Part shown: in pieces, positions 18,841 through 29,741 of the stretch | Position numbering within the stretch: position 1 is the first letter of the stretch | How the letters are laid out: each line of letters begins with the position of its first letter | NCBI GenBank assembly: GCA_965197585.1 | Contig: OZ240215.1 | Coordinates: forward strand, 1,888,001-1,952,000 | DNA: 64,000 nucleotides | Direction of reading: 5' to 3' | Source of the DNA: Dehalococcoidia bacterium | Lineage (GTDB): Bacteria > Chloroflexota > Dehalococcoidia > Plut-88900 | Made by a program: the position numbers and the translations under genes | The notes under the pieces: generated by a model | Databases searched by the model: none | What the model was told of the DNA's origin: nothing | The model's input: only the letters and a program-made list of their open reading frames with translations

Positions 18841-21800
18841 ATGCAAACCGGCAACGCCAGCGCAGGTCACATCATCATGGACCGAATCTCTCCGGCATTG
18901 ACCGAAGCCCTGTGGCAGCTGGTAAACGACGCCAAGCGCACCGACATCCTTGCCCCTGTCACCGTCATAGGCCCGACCCAATATGCCAACCTGACCCTCC
19001 GCCAAGAGCTCGGAAGCACTGGATTCGTCAATGTACGGTTCATCGTCATGGGTCACCTCTCGGAACTACTTGGCGCGGCCGAACTGGCTAGAGAAGGACG
19101 CAGCCCCTTGACCCGAGTCATTGAGACCATGTCTATCAGGCAGGTGTTGGACCAACATTCGAAATTGTTAGCCTCGGTACGAGGGCACGTCGCCACCCAG
19201 GCCCGAGTTCGCAGCTGTTTCAAAGATCTGCGTCGAACCGGCGAGGATGTCTTGACCGCTTTGGAAACTCAGGGTGGTGTCCGCGGTGAGGTCGTTCGGC
19301 TATACCGGGACTTTCGCCAGGAAACGAGGACAAAATGGTACGACTCTGAGGATTTGGCCGAAGCCGCATCTAATGCCGTCCGCTCAAATGAGTCCTCCGG
19401 CCTCGCTGACTTAGGCTTGATTATCTTATATCTCCCCCACAATCCTAGCCCCGCGGAACAAAAGCTCATCGAGACGCTGGCTTCTAAGGCACGGTGTGCC
19501 GTCCTGCTTGGCACCACCGGCGATCCTGTTGCCGACGAGCAAGCAGCCACTCTCTCAGAGGCTCTAACCCCGATGCTTGGAACAGCACTCCCGAAGGAAC
19601 CTGCTAAGCTGCCACGCCTCCCGGGTGAAGCACGCATCCACGTCGCTCCCACAACCCGAGAAGAGCTCCGGCGAGTCGTGCGCGGAATAATGGAGGAAGT
19701 TGCGAAGAGACAGACACCCTTCCACAAAATGGCCGTCCTGTATCGTATACGTGACCCCTACACCGCTCTCATTCACCACGAGCTCCATGAGGCTGACATT
19801 CCCGTAGCCGGACCCGGAGCAGGCTTGCTCCGCGACACGGCCTCAGGCCGGACTCTCATGGGGCTCCTTGACTTGGCGGACGGCGAATTCCCCCGCGCCC
19901 GAGTCATGGCCTGGCTCACCGGCTGCCCTGTCTGCCCCAAGGATTCACAGGAAGCCTTCAACCCCAGTACCTGGGACGCGCTCACCAAACGGGCGGGGAT
20001 AGTAGGAGGGCTGGGCCAGTGGCAAGGTCGACTGGATCACTATGCAAAAGAGATTGAATCTGACACCGAATCCCGACTCACCAGAGATGAGATAACCGAT
20101 GCCCGCGCCAACATTCTGTATCAAGATGCCGCCACCGCTAAGAGTATCGCTGAATTCATTGATGCATTGGGCCATCAGCTAACCCCGCCGAAGAACGGCA
20201 GCGAATGGGTTGCCTTCTGCAATTGGGCACGCGGCCTTCTCGATCACTATCTGGACAAGAGCCTCCCTTCTACCGAGACCGCTGCTCTGGAAAAGATTTA
20301 CCGCTCCCTTGAAGAGCTCAAGGCCGCAGACTCCGTCAAAGCCGGGACTACTTTGAAAGAGTTCCGCCAGACGGTGGACGACGCTCTGCAAGAATCCACT
20401 GGCCGACTTGGCGTCACCGGTCAGGGCGTCTTCGTTTCCAGTTTCGCCGCCGCCGCAGGCATGAACTTCGATGCCATCTGGATGGTTGGCATGATCGAAG
20501 GCGCCGTCCCCCCCGCCCTACCCCCCGACCCCCTCCTCCCAGAGACCGACTGGCTGAGTGCCGGTGGGCCTTCGCGCCTCAAAATATACATCGCACAGGA
20601 GCGTCGGGACTATCTCTCGGCGGTAGCCTCCGCCCCGCGCCGAGTGCTTTCGTACCCTGCTGCGGGTGCCGCATCAAACCGTAAAGCCTACCCATCGCGG
20701 TGGCTCTTGGAACAGGCCTCGGCGCTTGAGAACGCACCCATCCGTTCTAGTGACCTCTCCCGTCTAGCCGACCGACCGTGGCTCACCATAGATGCCTCCC
20801 CTGAGCAAGCTCTCTCCCGCGTCCCCGAATCCTCCCTCGCCGACCTCCATGACTACACACTCCAAAGGCTCCTGCACTGGAAGAGGAGTGGCAAAAGACT
20901 GGGGGACCACCCCTTTGTACAGAACGGAGCGCTGGCCCGAGCCACGCTCCTCGGAAGCCACCGAGACCTGTCGCTGCTCACTGAGTTCGACGGCAATCTT
21001 TCTTCAGTGGCCCAAACCGCAAGATTCAGTCGATCTTTGGATACCTCACCCATTTCCCCCACCCGGCTGGAAAGTTGGGCCCGCTGCCCCTTCAGCTATT
21101 TTCTCGGACACGTTTTGCGGTTGAATGCTCTCGACACCCCGGAGGAGACCGTCGCCATCAGCGCACTGGATAGGGGCGGCCTGATGCACAAGATTCTCGA
21201 GCGCTTTATCAGGGAGTCCGACACTCCTCCCCCTGGCAAGGACTGGACCCCCGAGGACCGCATCCGTCTAACACTCATTGCGCACCAGGAGTTCGCTAGG
21301 GTGGAAAGCCGAGGTGTTACCGGCAAACCCGTCCTATGGGATCTCGACAAAGAAGAAATTCTCTCCGACCTCGATACCTTCCTCGAAGAGGACGCCAACC
21401 TGAGGCATGCACATGGCTCCACTAGCATTGAAGTGGAATTAAAATTTGGTTCCGAGGGTGATACACCCACAGTGACCGATGCAGAATCGCCACTCCGTTT
21501 CCGCGGCCAGATAGATCGTGTAGACCTCACCGCCGACGGCAGGTCGGTCCTGGTCATCGACTACAAGACCGGCAGACCTGATTATTTTCGAGGCTTGGAG
21601 AAAGACGCTATAGACCGCGGCAAGCATCTCCAGCTTGCCATCTACTCCCTCGCCGCCCGAGAAATATTCCCCAAGGCCGAGCAGGTCCGCGCCGCCTACT
21701 GGTTCGCCACCACAAAAGGAGGCTTTAGGCGACTCCCTTCCCAGCACTTTGATCTTGGAGACCCCCAGGTTCTGGAGCGATTCCAACAGGGTGTATCGAC

Positions 21801-21999
21801 CATCTCCGATGGCATTCGTGCTGGAGCGTTTCCCGCCAACCCAGGGCCCCCCGATCGGAATAAAAATGCCAACTGCACCTATTGCGACTTCGATGCCATC
21901 TGCCCCTCCCGCCGATCCGACCTCTGGGACCGGAAGAAGCAAGACCCTCTTCTGTCTCGGTACCTGGAACTCGCCGAGGGGGAGGAGGAACAGTCATGA
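18841..21999 (+). CDS. addB: AddB-like protein: inactive helicase-like N-terminus plus PD-(D/E)xK nuclease with Fe-S cysteines
   Basis: SPTRLESWARCPF, RGQIDRVD, VIDYKTG, QLAIY, CTYCDFDAIC. Confidence 0.75.
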   Translation: MQTGNASAGHIIMDRISPALTEALWQLVNDAKRTDILAPVTVIGPTQYANLTLRQELGSTGFVNVRFIVMGHLSELLGAAELAREGRSPLTRVIETMSIRQVLDQHSKLLASVRGHVATQARVRSCFKDLRRTGEDVLTALETQGGVRGEVVRLYRDFRQETRTKWYDSEDLAEAASNAVRSNESSGLADLGLIILYLPHNPSPAEQKLIETLASKARCAVLLGTTGDPVADEQAATLSEALTPMLGTALPKEPAKLPRLPGEARIHVAPTTREELRRVVRGIMEEVAKRQTPFHKMAVLYRIRDPYTALIHHELHEADIPVAGPGAGLLRDTASGRTLMGLLDLADGEFPRARVMAWLTGCPVCPKDSQEAFNPSTWDALTKRAGIVGGLGQWQGRLDHYAKEIESDTESRLTRDEITDARANILYQDAATAKSIAEFIDALGHQLTPPKNGSEWVAFCNWARGLLDHYLDKSLPSTETAALEKIYRSLEELKAADSVKAGTTLKEFRQTVDDALQESTGRLGVTGQGVFVSSFAAAAGMNFDAIWMVGMIEGAVPPALPPDPLLPETDWLSAGGPSRLKIYIAQERRDYLSAVASAPRRVLSYPAAGAASNRKAYPSRWLLEQASALENAPIRSSDLSRLADRPWLTIDASPEQALSRVPESSLADLHDYTLQRLLHWKRSGKRLGDHPFVQNGALARATLLGSHRDLSLLTEFDGNLSSVAQTARFSRSLDTSPISPTRLESWARCPFSYFLGHVLRLNALDTPEETVAISALDRGGLMHKILERFIRESDTPPPGKDWTPEDRIRLTLIAHQEFARVESRGVTGKPVLWDLDKEEILSDLDTFLEEDANLRHAHGSTSIEVELKFGSEGDTPTVTDAESPLRFRGQIDRVDLTADGRSVLVIDYKTGRPDYFRGLEKDAIDRGKHLQLAIYSLAAREIFPKAEQVRAAYWFATTKGGFRRLPSQHFDLGDPQVLERFQQGVSTISDGIRAGAFPANPGPPDRNKNANCTYCDFDAICPSRRSDLWDRKKQDPLLSRYLELAEGEEEQS

Positions 22000-24900
22000 C
22001 TAGCGTGTCATCCTTCAAGCCCCGAGACCAAGCGGCCCGGGACACCATCGCCAACAACCTGCAAGACACCGTCTTCATCGAGGCCAGCGCCGGTACCGGT
22101 AAGACCACTAGCCTCGTCAATCGGGTGGTCAACATGATCTCCACTGGCACTGCCACCCTGGACAAGATTGCTGCCATAACCTTCACCGAGGCCGCCGTCG
22201 CCGAGCTTCGGGAGCGCATTCGCGAAGAGCTTGAGAAGGCCGCCGCCGATTGTGAACACAGTACTGACGAGCGAGACCGTTGCCAACAAGGCATCTCCGA
22301 TCTGGACCAGTCCGCTATCCAGACACTCCATGCCTTCGCTGCACTCCTCCTTCACGAGCGTCCCCTGGAAGCCGGACTGCCCCCATCCTTCGAGGTGAGC
22401 GAGGAGATGAAGTCTGGCGTAAGGTTTAATGAGGAGTGGGACAAGTGGCTCGATAAAGCACTGGAAGACCCCTCCCTGGCTGACCACCTCTCCCGAGCTC
22501 TCACCCTGGGCCTGACCCTGGATAGGCTTAAGGACATCGCCCAGGCATTCCACAACAACTACGACGACCTCGCCAACACCGTGTTCGAATCCGTATCCCC
22601 CACCCCACAGGCCGCCCAGTCCCTCATCGATGCCAGGGTTGGCCTGGAACATCTCTGCACCCTTTCTAAAATCGGGCCCGGCGACAAACTATATGACCAC
22701 GTCCAAGGCAAACTGGGAGCTATCCGCCGATTGAAGGACGGCAAACCAGGTTCCAATCTGTCCTATCGATTGCTAAAACGGCTTCAACCCCTGAAGTGTG
22801 GTTCGGGTAGGCAATCGGACTGGAATACGGATCCCGTGGTGGGTGAGAACGGCTGCAAGAGCCTGAAAGAATTGCTCAAACTCCTTGACGAAAAAGTGAA
22901 TGCGGAGATCACAAGGACCCGGCGCGCCGTCCTTATGCCCATTCTCGAAGCCCTGCGGAAGTACGTAATTGACTATGCCGAAAAACGCCGCACCGAGGGC
23001 CGCGCTGAGTTCCAGGACCTTCTCGTCTGGGCCCGAAACCTCCTCCGCGACAACCTGGAAGTTCGTGACCATTTCCAGAAACGTTTCTCCCATCTCCTCA
23101 TCGACGAGGTCCAGGACACCGACCCTCTTCAAGCTGAGATCGCCATGTTCCTCGCCGAGGCCGTTCCGAACAGTCAGCCCCCCGCTCCACGCCCCGATTC
23201 CTGGCTCGACGTAACTCCTGAAAAGGGCAAGCTGTTCGTGGTCGGTGACCCCAAGCAGTCTATATATCGCTTCCGCCGCGCGGATGTCGAGCAGATGAAT
23301 CAACTCCGGGAACGCATGGAAGCCGCCGGGGGTAATGCCCTGAGCCTCGTCCAGAATTTTCGCTCTCACCGGCCGATAGTTGCCTGGGTCAACCACCTCT
23401 TCTCCCAATGGATGGACGGAGATGAGACCCAGGCCCGATACGAGGAGATGCACCATCGCTGGGATGCGGACAATACCGATCCATTCCATCCCCGAGTCTG
23501 GGCCCTCTCCGACGTCGAGAGCAAGGACAGCATGAGCGTCGTTCGCAATCAAGAGGCCGAAGACATCGCAGATCTGCTCCATCAAATGGTCGCCCAAAAA
23601 TGGAAAGTGTTAGACAAGGAAAAGTCCGACAAATCAGGGAACGCTTCACATCGGTGTGTCGGCTACTCCGACATCTGCATTCTCATGCCAACCCGCACCG
23701 GCCTCGCTAACCTCGAACGCGGGCTCGAAGCAAGAAATATCCCCTATCGCCTCGAAAACGCCTCCCTCATCTTTGAGACCCAGGAGGTAAGAGACCTCCT
23801 CAACTGCCTGCAAGCAATCGACGACCCATCCAATCAGATTGCAGTAGTCGGCGCCCTACGCTCTACCGTATTCGGCTGCAGCGACATAGACCTCCTCCTT
23901 TACCACGAAGCCCACGGCAGCTTCGACTACTCCCGCATAAAGGAGGATTCGCCTTCCGGCCTTATACCCGACGCCCTCGCCGTACTCCGTACATATCACA
24001 ACTCCAGGATGTGGGAGTCCCCCGGTTCCCTAATTGATCGGTTCATCCGGGACAGGGGCTTAATGGAGTCCGCCCTGGCCCACTCGCGCAGCCGAGAGCA
24101 ATGGCGCCGCTACCGATTCATGGTGGAGCAGGCTTGGCGCTTCGCCGAGGGCGGCGGCAACTCTTTGCGAGCCTTCGTCGAATGGATCGAAGACCAGATC
24201 AACGAACGAGTCCGGGTTTCCGAGTCCCCCATCCCGGACTCTGACGAGGAAGCCGTACGAGTCATGACCATCCACGGTGCCAAGGGCTTGGAGTTTCCCG
24301 TCGTTGTCCTCACCGGCCTAAACTCATCCGGGAGGCGGCAGAGTGACACCGTGATATTCGACAGAGTCAGGAAGCAGGTTGAGGTCGGCCTGGGCTCCAA
24401 AAATAACCGGATCTCGACACCCGGCTACGAGGAGTTGGTAGAAAAAGAGAAACGGATGTCGGAGGCCGAGGACGTACGCCTGATGTACGTGGCCGCCACC
24501 CGCGCCCGTGACCATCTCATCCTTAGCCTTCGCCGTAAGGAGACCGGCAGCAGCTCAACTTCCAAAACCTTAGCTGCCACGATCTCCGAGACTATGCAAG
24601 GCTCGGGCCTCTGGGAGCCCGTTAACTTGGTAGACGTGGACGAGTCCCATGGTTCCATTTCCGACTCCATTTCCCAGGACCCTCCAAACTCCATCGACCA
24701 TTCCATCGAGGCTCGTGACCGCTGGGTAATCGAAAGAGATAATTTGATAAAACGTATGGGTCGCCCGACCTACGTCTCTGCCACCTCCCTCGGTCGCCAT
24801 GTCCAGGAACAGGAGGACAAGCCGGAACAGGAAAGCGATGAACCCTGGCGACGGGGCCGGGCCGGCACTTCCGTCGGGCGTGCCGTACACGCTGTGCTTC

Positions 24901-25385
24901 AGTCTCTAGACCTCGCCACAGGCGCCGACATCGAGGCCCGGTCTCGAGTTCAGGCTGCCGCTGAAGGTGTGCCTGACCGCGAAAAGGAAGTTGCCGGCCT
25001 CGTCTGCGTCGCCGTGGAGAGTGACATAGTGCATCGCGCCGTGGCCTCCGGTCGGGTTTGGAGAGAGGTCCCTGTCGCAGCACCAACTGGCGACGGAATC
25101 CTCCATGGCTTCATCGATCTCTTGTTTGAAGAGGATGATGGATTGGTCATAGTCGACTACAAGACCGATGCTGTATCCGCCGAGGAAACCCCCGAGGCCG
25201 TTCTTCGCTATCGATTGCAGGGTGGAGCCTACGCCCACGCCCTTCAAAAAATTACCGGGAAGCATGTGAAGGAGGTTGTATTCCTATACCTGCATCCTCG
25301 CCGCGAGCAGAAGTTGGCCGACCTGTCCCAAGCCATCCAAGACGCAGAAGCCGCCGCCAAGTCCATCTTGGCCCCGGTCTCTTAG
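21996..25385 (+). CDS. addA: AddA-like UvrD helicase with C-terminal RecB-family nuclease
   Basis: ASAGTGKT, IDEVQDT, VGDPKQSIYRFR, TIHGAKGLEF, YVAATRAR, GFIDL..VDYKTD; ATGA overlap with the addB-like stop. Confidence 0.82.
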   Translation: MTSVSSFKPRDQAARDTIANNLQDTVFIEASAGTGKTTSLVNRVVNMISTGTATLDKIAAITFTEAAVAELRERIREELEKAAADCEHSTDERDRCQQGISDLDQSAIQTLHAFAALLLHERPLEAGLPPSFEVSEEMKSGVRFNEEWDKWLDKALEDPSLADHLSRALTLGLTLDRLKDIAQAFHNNYDDLANTVFESVSPTPQAAQSLIDARVGLEHLCTLSKIGPGDKLYDHVQGKLGAIRRLKDGKPGSNLSYRLLKRLQPLKCGSGRQSDWNTDPVVGENGCKSLKELLKLLDEKVNAEITRTRRAVLMPILEALRKYVIDYAEKRRTEGRAEFQDLLVWARNLLRDNLEVRDHFQKRFSHLLIDEVQDTDPLQAEIAMFLAEAVPNSQPPAPRPDSWLDVTPEKGKLFVVGDPKQSIYRFRRADVEQMNQLRERMEAAGGNALSLVQNFRSHRPIVAWVNHLFSQWMDGDETQARYEEMHHRWDADNTDPFHPRVWALSDVESKDSMSVVRNQEAEDIADLLHQMVAQKWKVLDKEKSDKSGNASHRCVGYSDICILMPTRTGLANLERGLEARNIPYRLENASLIFETQEVRDLLNCLQAIDDPSNQIAVVGALRSTVFGCSDIDLLLYHEAHGSFDYSRIKEDSPSGLIPDALAVLRTYHNSRMWESPGSLIDRFIRDRGLMESALAHSRSREQWRRYRFMVEQAWRFAEGGGNSLRAFVEWIEDQINERVRVSESPIPDSDEEAVRVMTIHGAKGLEFPVVVLTGLNSSGRRQSDTVIFDRVRKQVEVGLGSKNNRISTPGYEELVEKEKRMSEAEDVRLMYVAATRARDHLILSLRRKETGSSSTSKTLAATISETMQGSGLWEPVNLVDVDESHGSISDSISQDPPNSIDHSIEARDRWVIERDNLIKRMGRPTYVSATSLGRHVQEQEDKPEQESDEPWRRGRAGTSVGRAVHAVLQSLDLATGADIEARSRVQAAAEGVPDREKEVAGLVCVAVESDIVHRAVASGRVWREVPVAAPTGDGILHGFIDLLFEEDDGLVIVDYKTDAVSAEETPEAVLRYRLQGGAYAHALQKITGKHVKEVVFLYLHPRREQKLADLSQAIQDAEAAAKSILAPVS

Positions 25386-25613
25386 ACCCCTCTACAATCC
25401 TTCTATGCAAAGGGGAACCGCCAGGGCCTATTTTATCGTCGCCCAGGAGAATCACGAAGCCCACCTAGAATCGCGGCTTAAACCCTTCCTCGAAAGCCCG
25501 TGGAACACCCATTTCCAGCTTGTCGAGCCTTCCTAACGGATTAATAACCTTATGCAGGCCAAGGGTACAGCCGAAATTTCCCAGCTATGCTGGTAAAATA
25601 GACTCCCGAGATC

Positions 25614-26288
25614 ATGCAGAGTTCGCAAGAAAACACCTTGACCACTCCAACTAAGGGATCATCCGGCCTTGGCGCCGGCCTCTTCCTTCTCATCACCGCC
25701 GTTGCCACCCTGGTCGCCGTGGTCACCAGGGTCTCCGCCAACGCCGATCAACCCACCCTCGCCGAGTCCCTGGCCGTCATCTCGGAAAACAAAGCTCTTT
25801 ATGCCTCTGGAGGCGGAGCGCGGTTTGTGTCCGGGGTGACGCTGATTGTCGCCGCTTGGTTCCTGTCAAAGACGGGCACAGGCGAGACCCAACCCTCTGC
25901 ACGCATAGCCTCGCTTATCTTTGCTCTATCAGGCCTTTTCACTGCCATTTCCGGTGCTAGTGCCATCGCCTTGGCCAACGCTGCACCCGCCCCTCCCGAC
26001 ACCCTGCCCGAGTCCACAGCCTACGTCCGATGGCTCACCGGCAAGATAGGCTTCACCCTTGCTGGTCTGGCCCTCATAGCAGAGGCAAGACGGCAGTGGA
26101 ATTTAGGAACGCCCTTCAAGTACCTTGCCCTCGCCTCGGGTATCATAGGCATTCTTATGCAATTCATCTGGTGGGACGACGCCACCACAGTTCACCGAAT
26201 CACCGGTATCGGCTTCCTATTCTGGCTTATTGTAGTAGGCATACTACTGCTCAAGGGCCGTCCCAGGCCTGCCCGCAGGAAGGCGTAG
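25614..26288 (+). CDS. integral membrane protein of unknown function (DUF4386-like)
   Basis: 224 aa with about six hydrophobic segments. Confidence 0.6.
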   Translation: MQSSQENTLTTPTKGSSGLGAGLFLLITAVATLVAVVTRVSANADQPTLAESLAVISENKALYASGGGARFVSGVTLIVAAWFLSKTGTGETQPSARIASLIFALSGLFTAISGASAIALANAAPAPPDTLPESTAYVRWLTGKIGFTLAGLALIAEARRQWNLGTPFKYLALASGIIGILMQFIWWDDATTVHRITGIGFLFWLIVVGILLLKGRPRPARRKA

Positions 26289-26323
26289 CTTAACTACCCC
26301 GCTCCACAAAGACATACTCGGAC

Positions 26324-28204
26324 ATGACGCCCAAAATTATCCTCCCTCGTATCCTTCCAATTCTTCTCCTCGTAATGTCTACTCTCGTACTTGCCGCCTG
26401 CTGGGACGACATCCATCCAACACCAACCGAGCACCCCTCCCCCACCGCCCTTGCCCCCACTCCCACCGCCCCACCCCCCACCCCGACACCCCAGCCCTCC
26501 ATTGTCGATCAACTGAAAATGAATGCCGAGGAGTTTGAATACACTACCGGCAAGCATGGCGGCAATCTGACCTTCGCCACCGTCTCCGAGCCCCTCACTT
26601 TCAATCTGGCCATCTCCACCGACGCCTCCTCCTCCGGCGTTCTCGGCTACCTATTCGAGGGCCTCACCGAGACTTCCTGGCTCACTGACGAGGTGGAACC
26701 CGCCTTGGCCGAGTCCTGGGAGCACTCCGAGGACGGCCTCACTTGGACCTTCCACCTCCGCAAAGACGTCCAGTGGCACGACGGCGCGCCCTTCACCGCA
26801 AACGACGTAGATTTCACATTCAACCGGATCATCTACAACCCCGACATCCAGGCCAGCAGCCGTCCATCATTCCACTTCCGCTTCTTCGACGAAGAGACCG
26901 AAACTTGGGAAGAAAAGCCGATGACCGTAACGGCTCTCGACGACTACACCGTCCAATGCGTCCTTCCCGCACCCTTTGCTACCTTCCTCCGTTCCATGGG
27001 GACGTCCATTTACCCCAAGCACATCCTTGATAGTCACGTCGAAGACGACACCTTCGCAGACATCTGGGACATCACCACCGACCCTGCAGAGATCGTAGGC
27101 ACCGGCCCATTCACCATCGAGAGCTATGTCCCCGGCGAACAGGTTATCCTGAGCCGCAACCCCAACTACTGGCTGAAGGACGCAGATGGCAACGCCCTGC
27201 CCTACCTGGATCGCATCGTCCAGGTCATAGTCCCCGACTTTGATGTCGAGCTTGAGAAGTTCCTGGCCGGAGAGTCGGATACCCACGGTGTTCTTGGCGA
27301 GGAACTGGCTAACCTTGAACCCATGCAGACAGACGGGAACTTCACCATTTACAAGCGGGGCCCGGCCTTCGGCACCACTTTCCTGACCTTCAACATGAAT
27401 CCTGGTAGCAACCCGGACACCTACGATTCCTACCTGGAGCCCCATAAACTGGAGTGGTTTGGCAGCAAGGAGTTTCGGCAGGCCGTAGCCCACAGTATGG
27501 ACAAAGACGCCATCATCGACAACGTCCAGCACGGTGCAGGCTATCCCCAGTGGTCCTCCATAAGCCCCGCCGCCGGTGACTTCCACAACCCCAACGTCCG
27601 CCGCTACGAATACGACATCGACAAAGCCAACGCCATTCTGGATGGTCTTGGCTGGGTGGATACAAATGGTAACGGCACCCGAGAAGACGCCCAAGGCAAC
27701 GAGATAGAGTTCTCTTTCGTCACCAACTCCGGCAACAGCGTGCGCGAACGGGTCGGCGACATCCTGCGCCAGGGCATGGAAGAGATCGGCCTCGGTGTGG
27801 ACTACCGGCTGATCGAGTTTGGTGACCTCGTATCCCAGCTAACCCAGACCTACGAATGGGAAACCATCCTCATCGGCTTCACCGGCGGCTCCGACCCTCA
27901 CTCCGGCATCAGCTTCTGGCACACCGGTGAAAACCTCCACCTCTGGTACCCCAACCAGCCCTCCCCAGCCACAGAATGGGAAGCCGAAATCGACGAGCTC
28001 TACATCATGGCCAGCCGGGAGCTGGACCGCGACAAACGCATCGAACTCTACAACCGCACCCAGGAGATCGCCGCCGAGAACGCGCCTGTCATCTACACCA
28101 CCCTCTCCGAGCGCCTTAGCGCCATCCGCAATGTATTCGGCAACGTCACACCCACACTCTATGGTCTGTTCGACACCCGCTACCTTTACCGCACCGACCT
28201 CTAA
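26324..28204 (+). CDS. family 5 (peptide/nickel) ABC substrate-binding lipoprotein
   Basis: Lipobox LAAC, Pro/Thr linker, LAESWE..WTFHLRKDVQWHDG, GTGPF, RNPNYW. Confidence 0.9.
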   Translation: MTPKIILPRILPILLLVMSTLVLAACWDDIHPTPTEHPSPTALAPTPTAPPPTPTPQPSIVDQLKMNAEEFEYTTGKHGGNLTFATVSEPLTFNLAISTDASSSGVLGYLFEGLTETSWLTDEVEPALAESWEHSEDGLTWTFHLRKDVQWHDGAPFTANDVDFTFNRIIYNPDIQASSRPSFHFRFFDEETETWEEKPMTVTALDDYTVQCVLPAPFATFLRSMGTSIYPKHILDSHVEDDTFADIWDITTDPAEIVGTGPFTIESYVPGEQVILSRNPNYWLKDADGNALPYLDRIVQVIVPDFDVELEKFLAGESDTHGVLGEELANLEPMQTDGNFTIYKRGPAFGTTFLTFNMNPGSNPDTYDSYLEPHKLEWFGSKEFRQAVAHSMDKDAIIDNVQHGAGYPQWSSISPAAGDFHNPNVRRYEYDIDKANAILDGLGWVDTNGNGTREDAQGNEIEFSFVTNSGNSVRERVGDILRQGMEEIGLGVDYRLIEFGDLVSQLTQTYEWETILIGFTGGSDPHSGISFWHTGENLHLWYPNQPSPATEWEAEIDELYIMASRELDRDKRIELYNRTQEIAAENAPVIYTTLSERLSAIRNVFGNVTPTLYGLFDTRYLYRTDL

Positions 28205-28317
28205 GCCGCTTCTGCCACCCGCGCACCACCCCGAGGCAAAGATATACTGACCCCGCATCTATTCACTCAGGCATTGACACCTGTGTGGACTAGACGGTTG
28301 GCGTCGGCCTTACCGGC

Positions 28318-29544
28318 TTACCTCTGGCCTTCGTAGGCCTCTTCTCCATGCTGGGAGATGTCCAGGCCTTCTTCCTCTTGCTTCTCGTCCACCCGGATTC
28401 CTATGGTGTACTTCAGAGCGTAGAGGATCACGATAGTGACTACGAACGCCCAACTGAAGGAGACGCCTATTGCTAGAAGCTGCCTGAGGATCTGCTGCCC
28501 TCTGGAGAGGTCGGTAAACTCGCCTATGCTCATGAAACCTATCCCTATGAACAGACCGACGCACAGCATGCCCCACATCCCCCCCACTCCATGGATCGCC
28601 CACACGTCCAGGGAGTCGTCCAGCTTGACCCGGGTCTTGAACCAGACTGCGGTGTAGCACAACAGTCCGGCCCCCAACCCGATAAGCACCGCGGGCATCG
28701 GCCCCACGAACCCCGCGGCCGGAGTGATCGTCGCCAACCCAGCCACCGCTCCCGTCGCCGCTCCCACTACACTCGGCCTGCGGGTCCGTGTCCAGTCTAG
28801 TATGACCCATACCACTGCTGCCGTTGCGGCGGAGATATGAGTGACTACGAACGCAGACGTGGCTCTCCCCGCCGCCCCAAGGTCGCTGCCGGCGTTGAAT
28901 CCGAACCATCCGAACCAGAGCAGCGAAGCTCCCAGCACCACGAAAGGCACATTATGGGGAGTCATATCCAGCTTGCCTAATCCGAGGCGCCGCCCAAATA
29001 TGATTGCCGCCGCAAGGGCCGCCGACCCCGAGCTGATGTGCACCACCGCGCCGCCGGCAAAGTCCAATGCCCCCGCACCCCCGAGCCACCCACCTATGCC
29101 CCACATCCAGTGCGCCAGCGGCGAGTACACGATCGTAGACCATGCGATGACGAAGAGAACGAAGGAGCTGAACTTTATGCGCTCGGCGAAGGCCCCCGCT
29201 ATCAGGGCCGGTGTGATGATGGCGAACTTGGCCTGGAAGACCATGAACGCCTGGTGCGGTATCGTGTCCGCGTAGGGTCCGGGCTCCGTCGCCGAGACGC
29301 CCATCAGCCCCACCCATTCCAGGTTCCCTATGAAACCCCCGACACTCGGGCCGAACGCCAGACTGTATCCCCACAGGACCCACGTCAGACCCACAATGCC
29401 CAGAGCTATGAAGGATTGCATAAGCGTCGCCAGCGCGTTCTTGCTGCGGACTAGACCCGCATAGAAGAACGCCAGTCCGGGAACCATGAAGAAGACCAGA
29501 GCTGAAGAGGTCAGGACCCAGGCGGTATCTCCACTATCTATCAT
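28318..29544 (-). CDS. amtB: ammonium transporter
   Basis: DTAWVL, PGLAFFYAG, DFAGGAVVH, LLWFGWFGFNAGS, DDSLDVWAIHG (twin His intact). Confidence 0.95.
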   Translation of the reverse strand: MIDSGDTAWVLTSSALVFFMVPGLAFFYAGLVRSKNALATLMQSFIALGIVGLTWVLWGYSLAFGPSVGGFIGNLEWVGLMGVSATEPGPYADTIPHQAFMVFQAKFAIITPALIAGAFAERIKFSSFVLFVIAWSTIVYSPLAHWMWGIGGWLGGAGALDFAGGAVVHISSGSAALAAAIIFGRRLGLGKLDMTPHNVPFVVLGASLLWFGWFGFNAGSDLGAAGRATSAFVVTHISAATAAVVWVILDWTRTRRPSVVGAATGAVAGLATITPAAGFVGPMPAVLIGLGAGLLCYTAVWFKTRVKLDDSLDVWAIHGVGGMWGMLCVGLFIGIGFMSIGEFTDLSRGQQILRQLLAIGVSFSWAFVVTIVILYALKYTIGIRVDEKQEEEGLDISQHGEEAYEGQR

Positions 29545-29711
29545 TACCCGTCACCATCCCTTTCAGAGGCCAACTCCGAGCACCCTGGTTTTCCTCGGCC
29601 GATTATATCATTGTGAGGATAAGGAGTCTGCCTGAGTTTCTATGCAGAACAACTACGGAATCTACACAGGTCCCTATGATCCCGTTCACATAGAGGGGTG
29701 ACATCACCCTC

Positions 29712-29741
29712 TTGACATTATAAGTACCTATGTTCTATATT
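29712..29741 (+). promoter_or_regulatory. sigma70-type promoter with an overlapping LexA-box-like operator
   Basis: TTGACA (29712) - 18 nt - TATATT (29736); AGTAC-CTAT-GTTCT at 29723-29736 is one mismatch from AGAAC-N4-GTTCT. Confidence 0.55.

Noticed and set aside
21882-21995. N-terminal extension of the AddA-like ORF
   Set aside because: Overlaps the AddB-like 3' end; the ATGA-coupled start at 21996 has a strong SD.
25405-25536. Small ORF MQRGTARAYF... after addA
   Set aside because: Only 43 aa with no SD or recognisable motif; cannot be supported.
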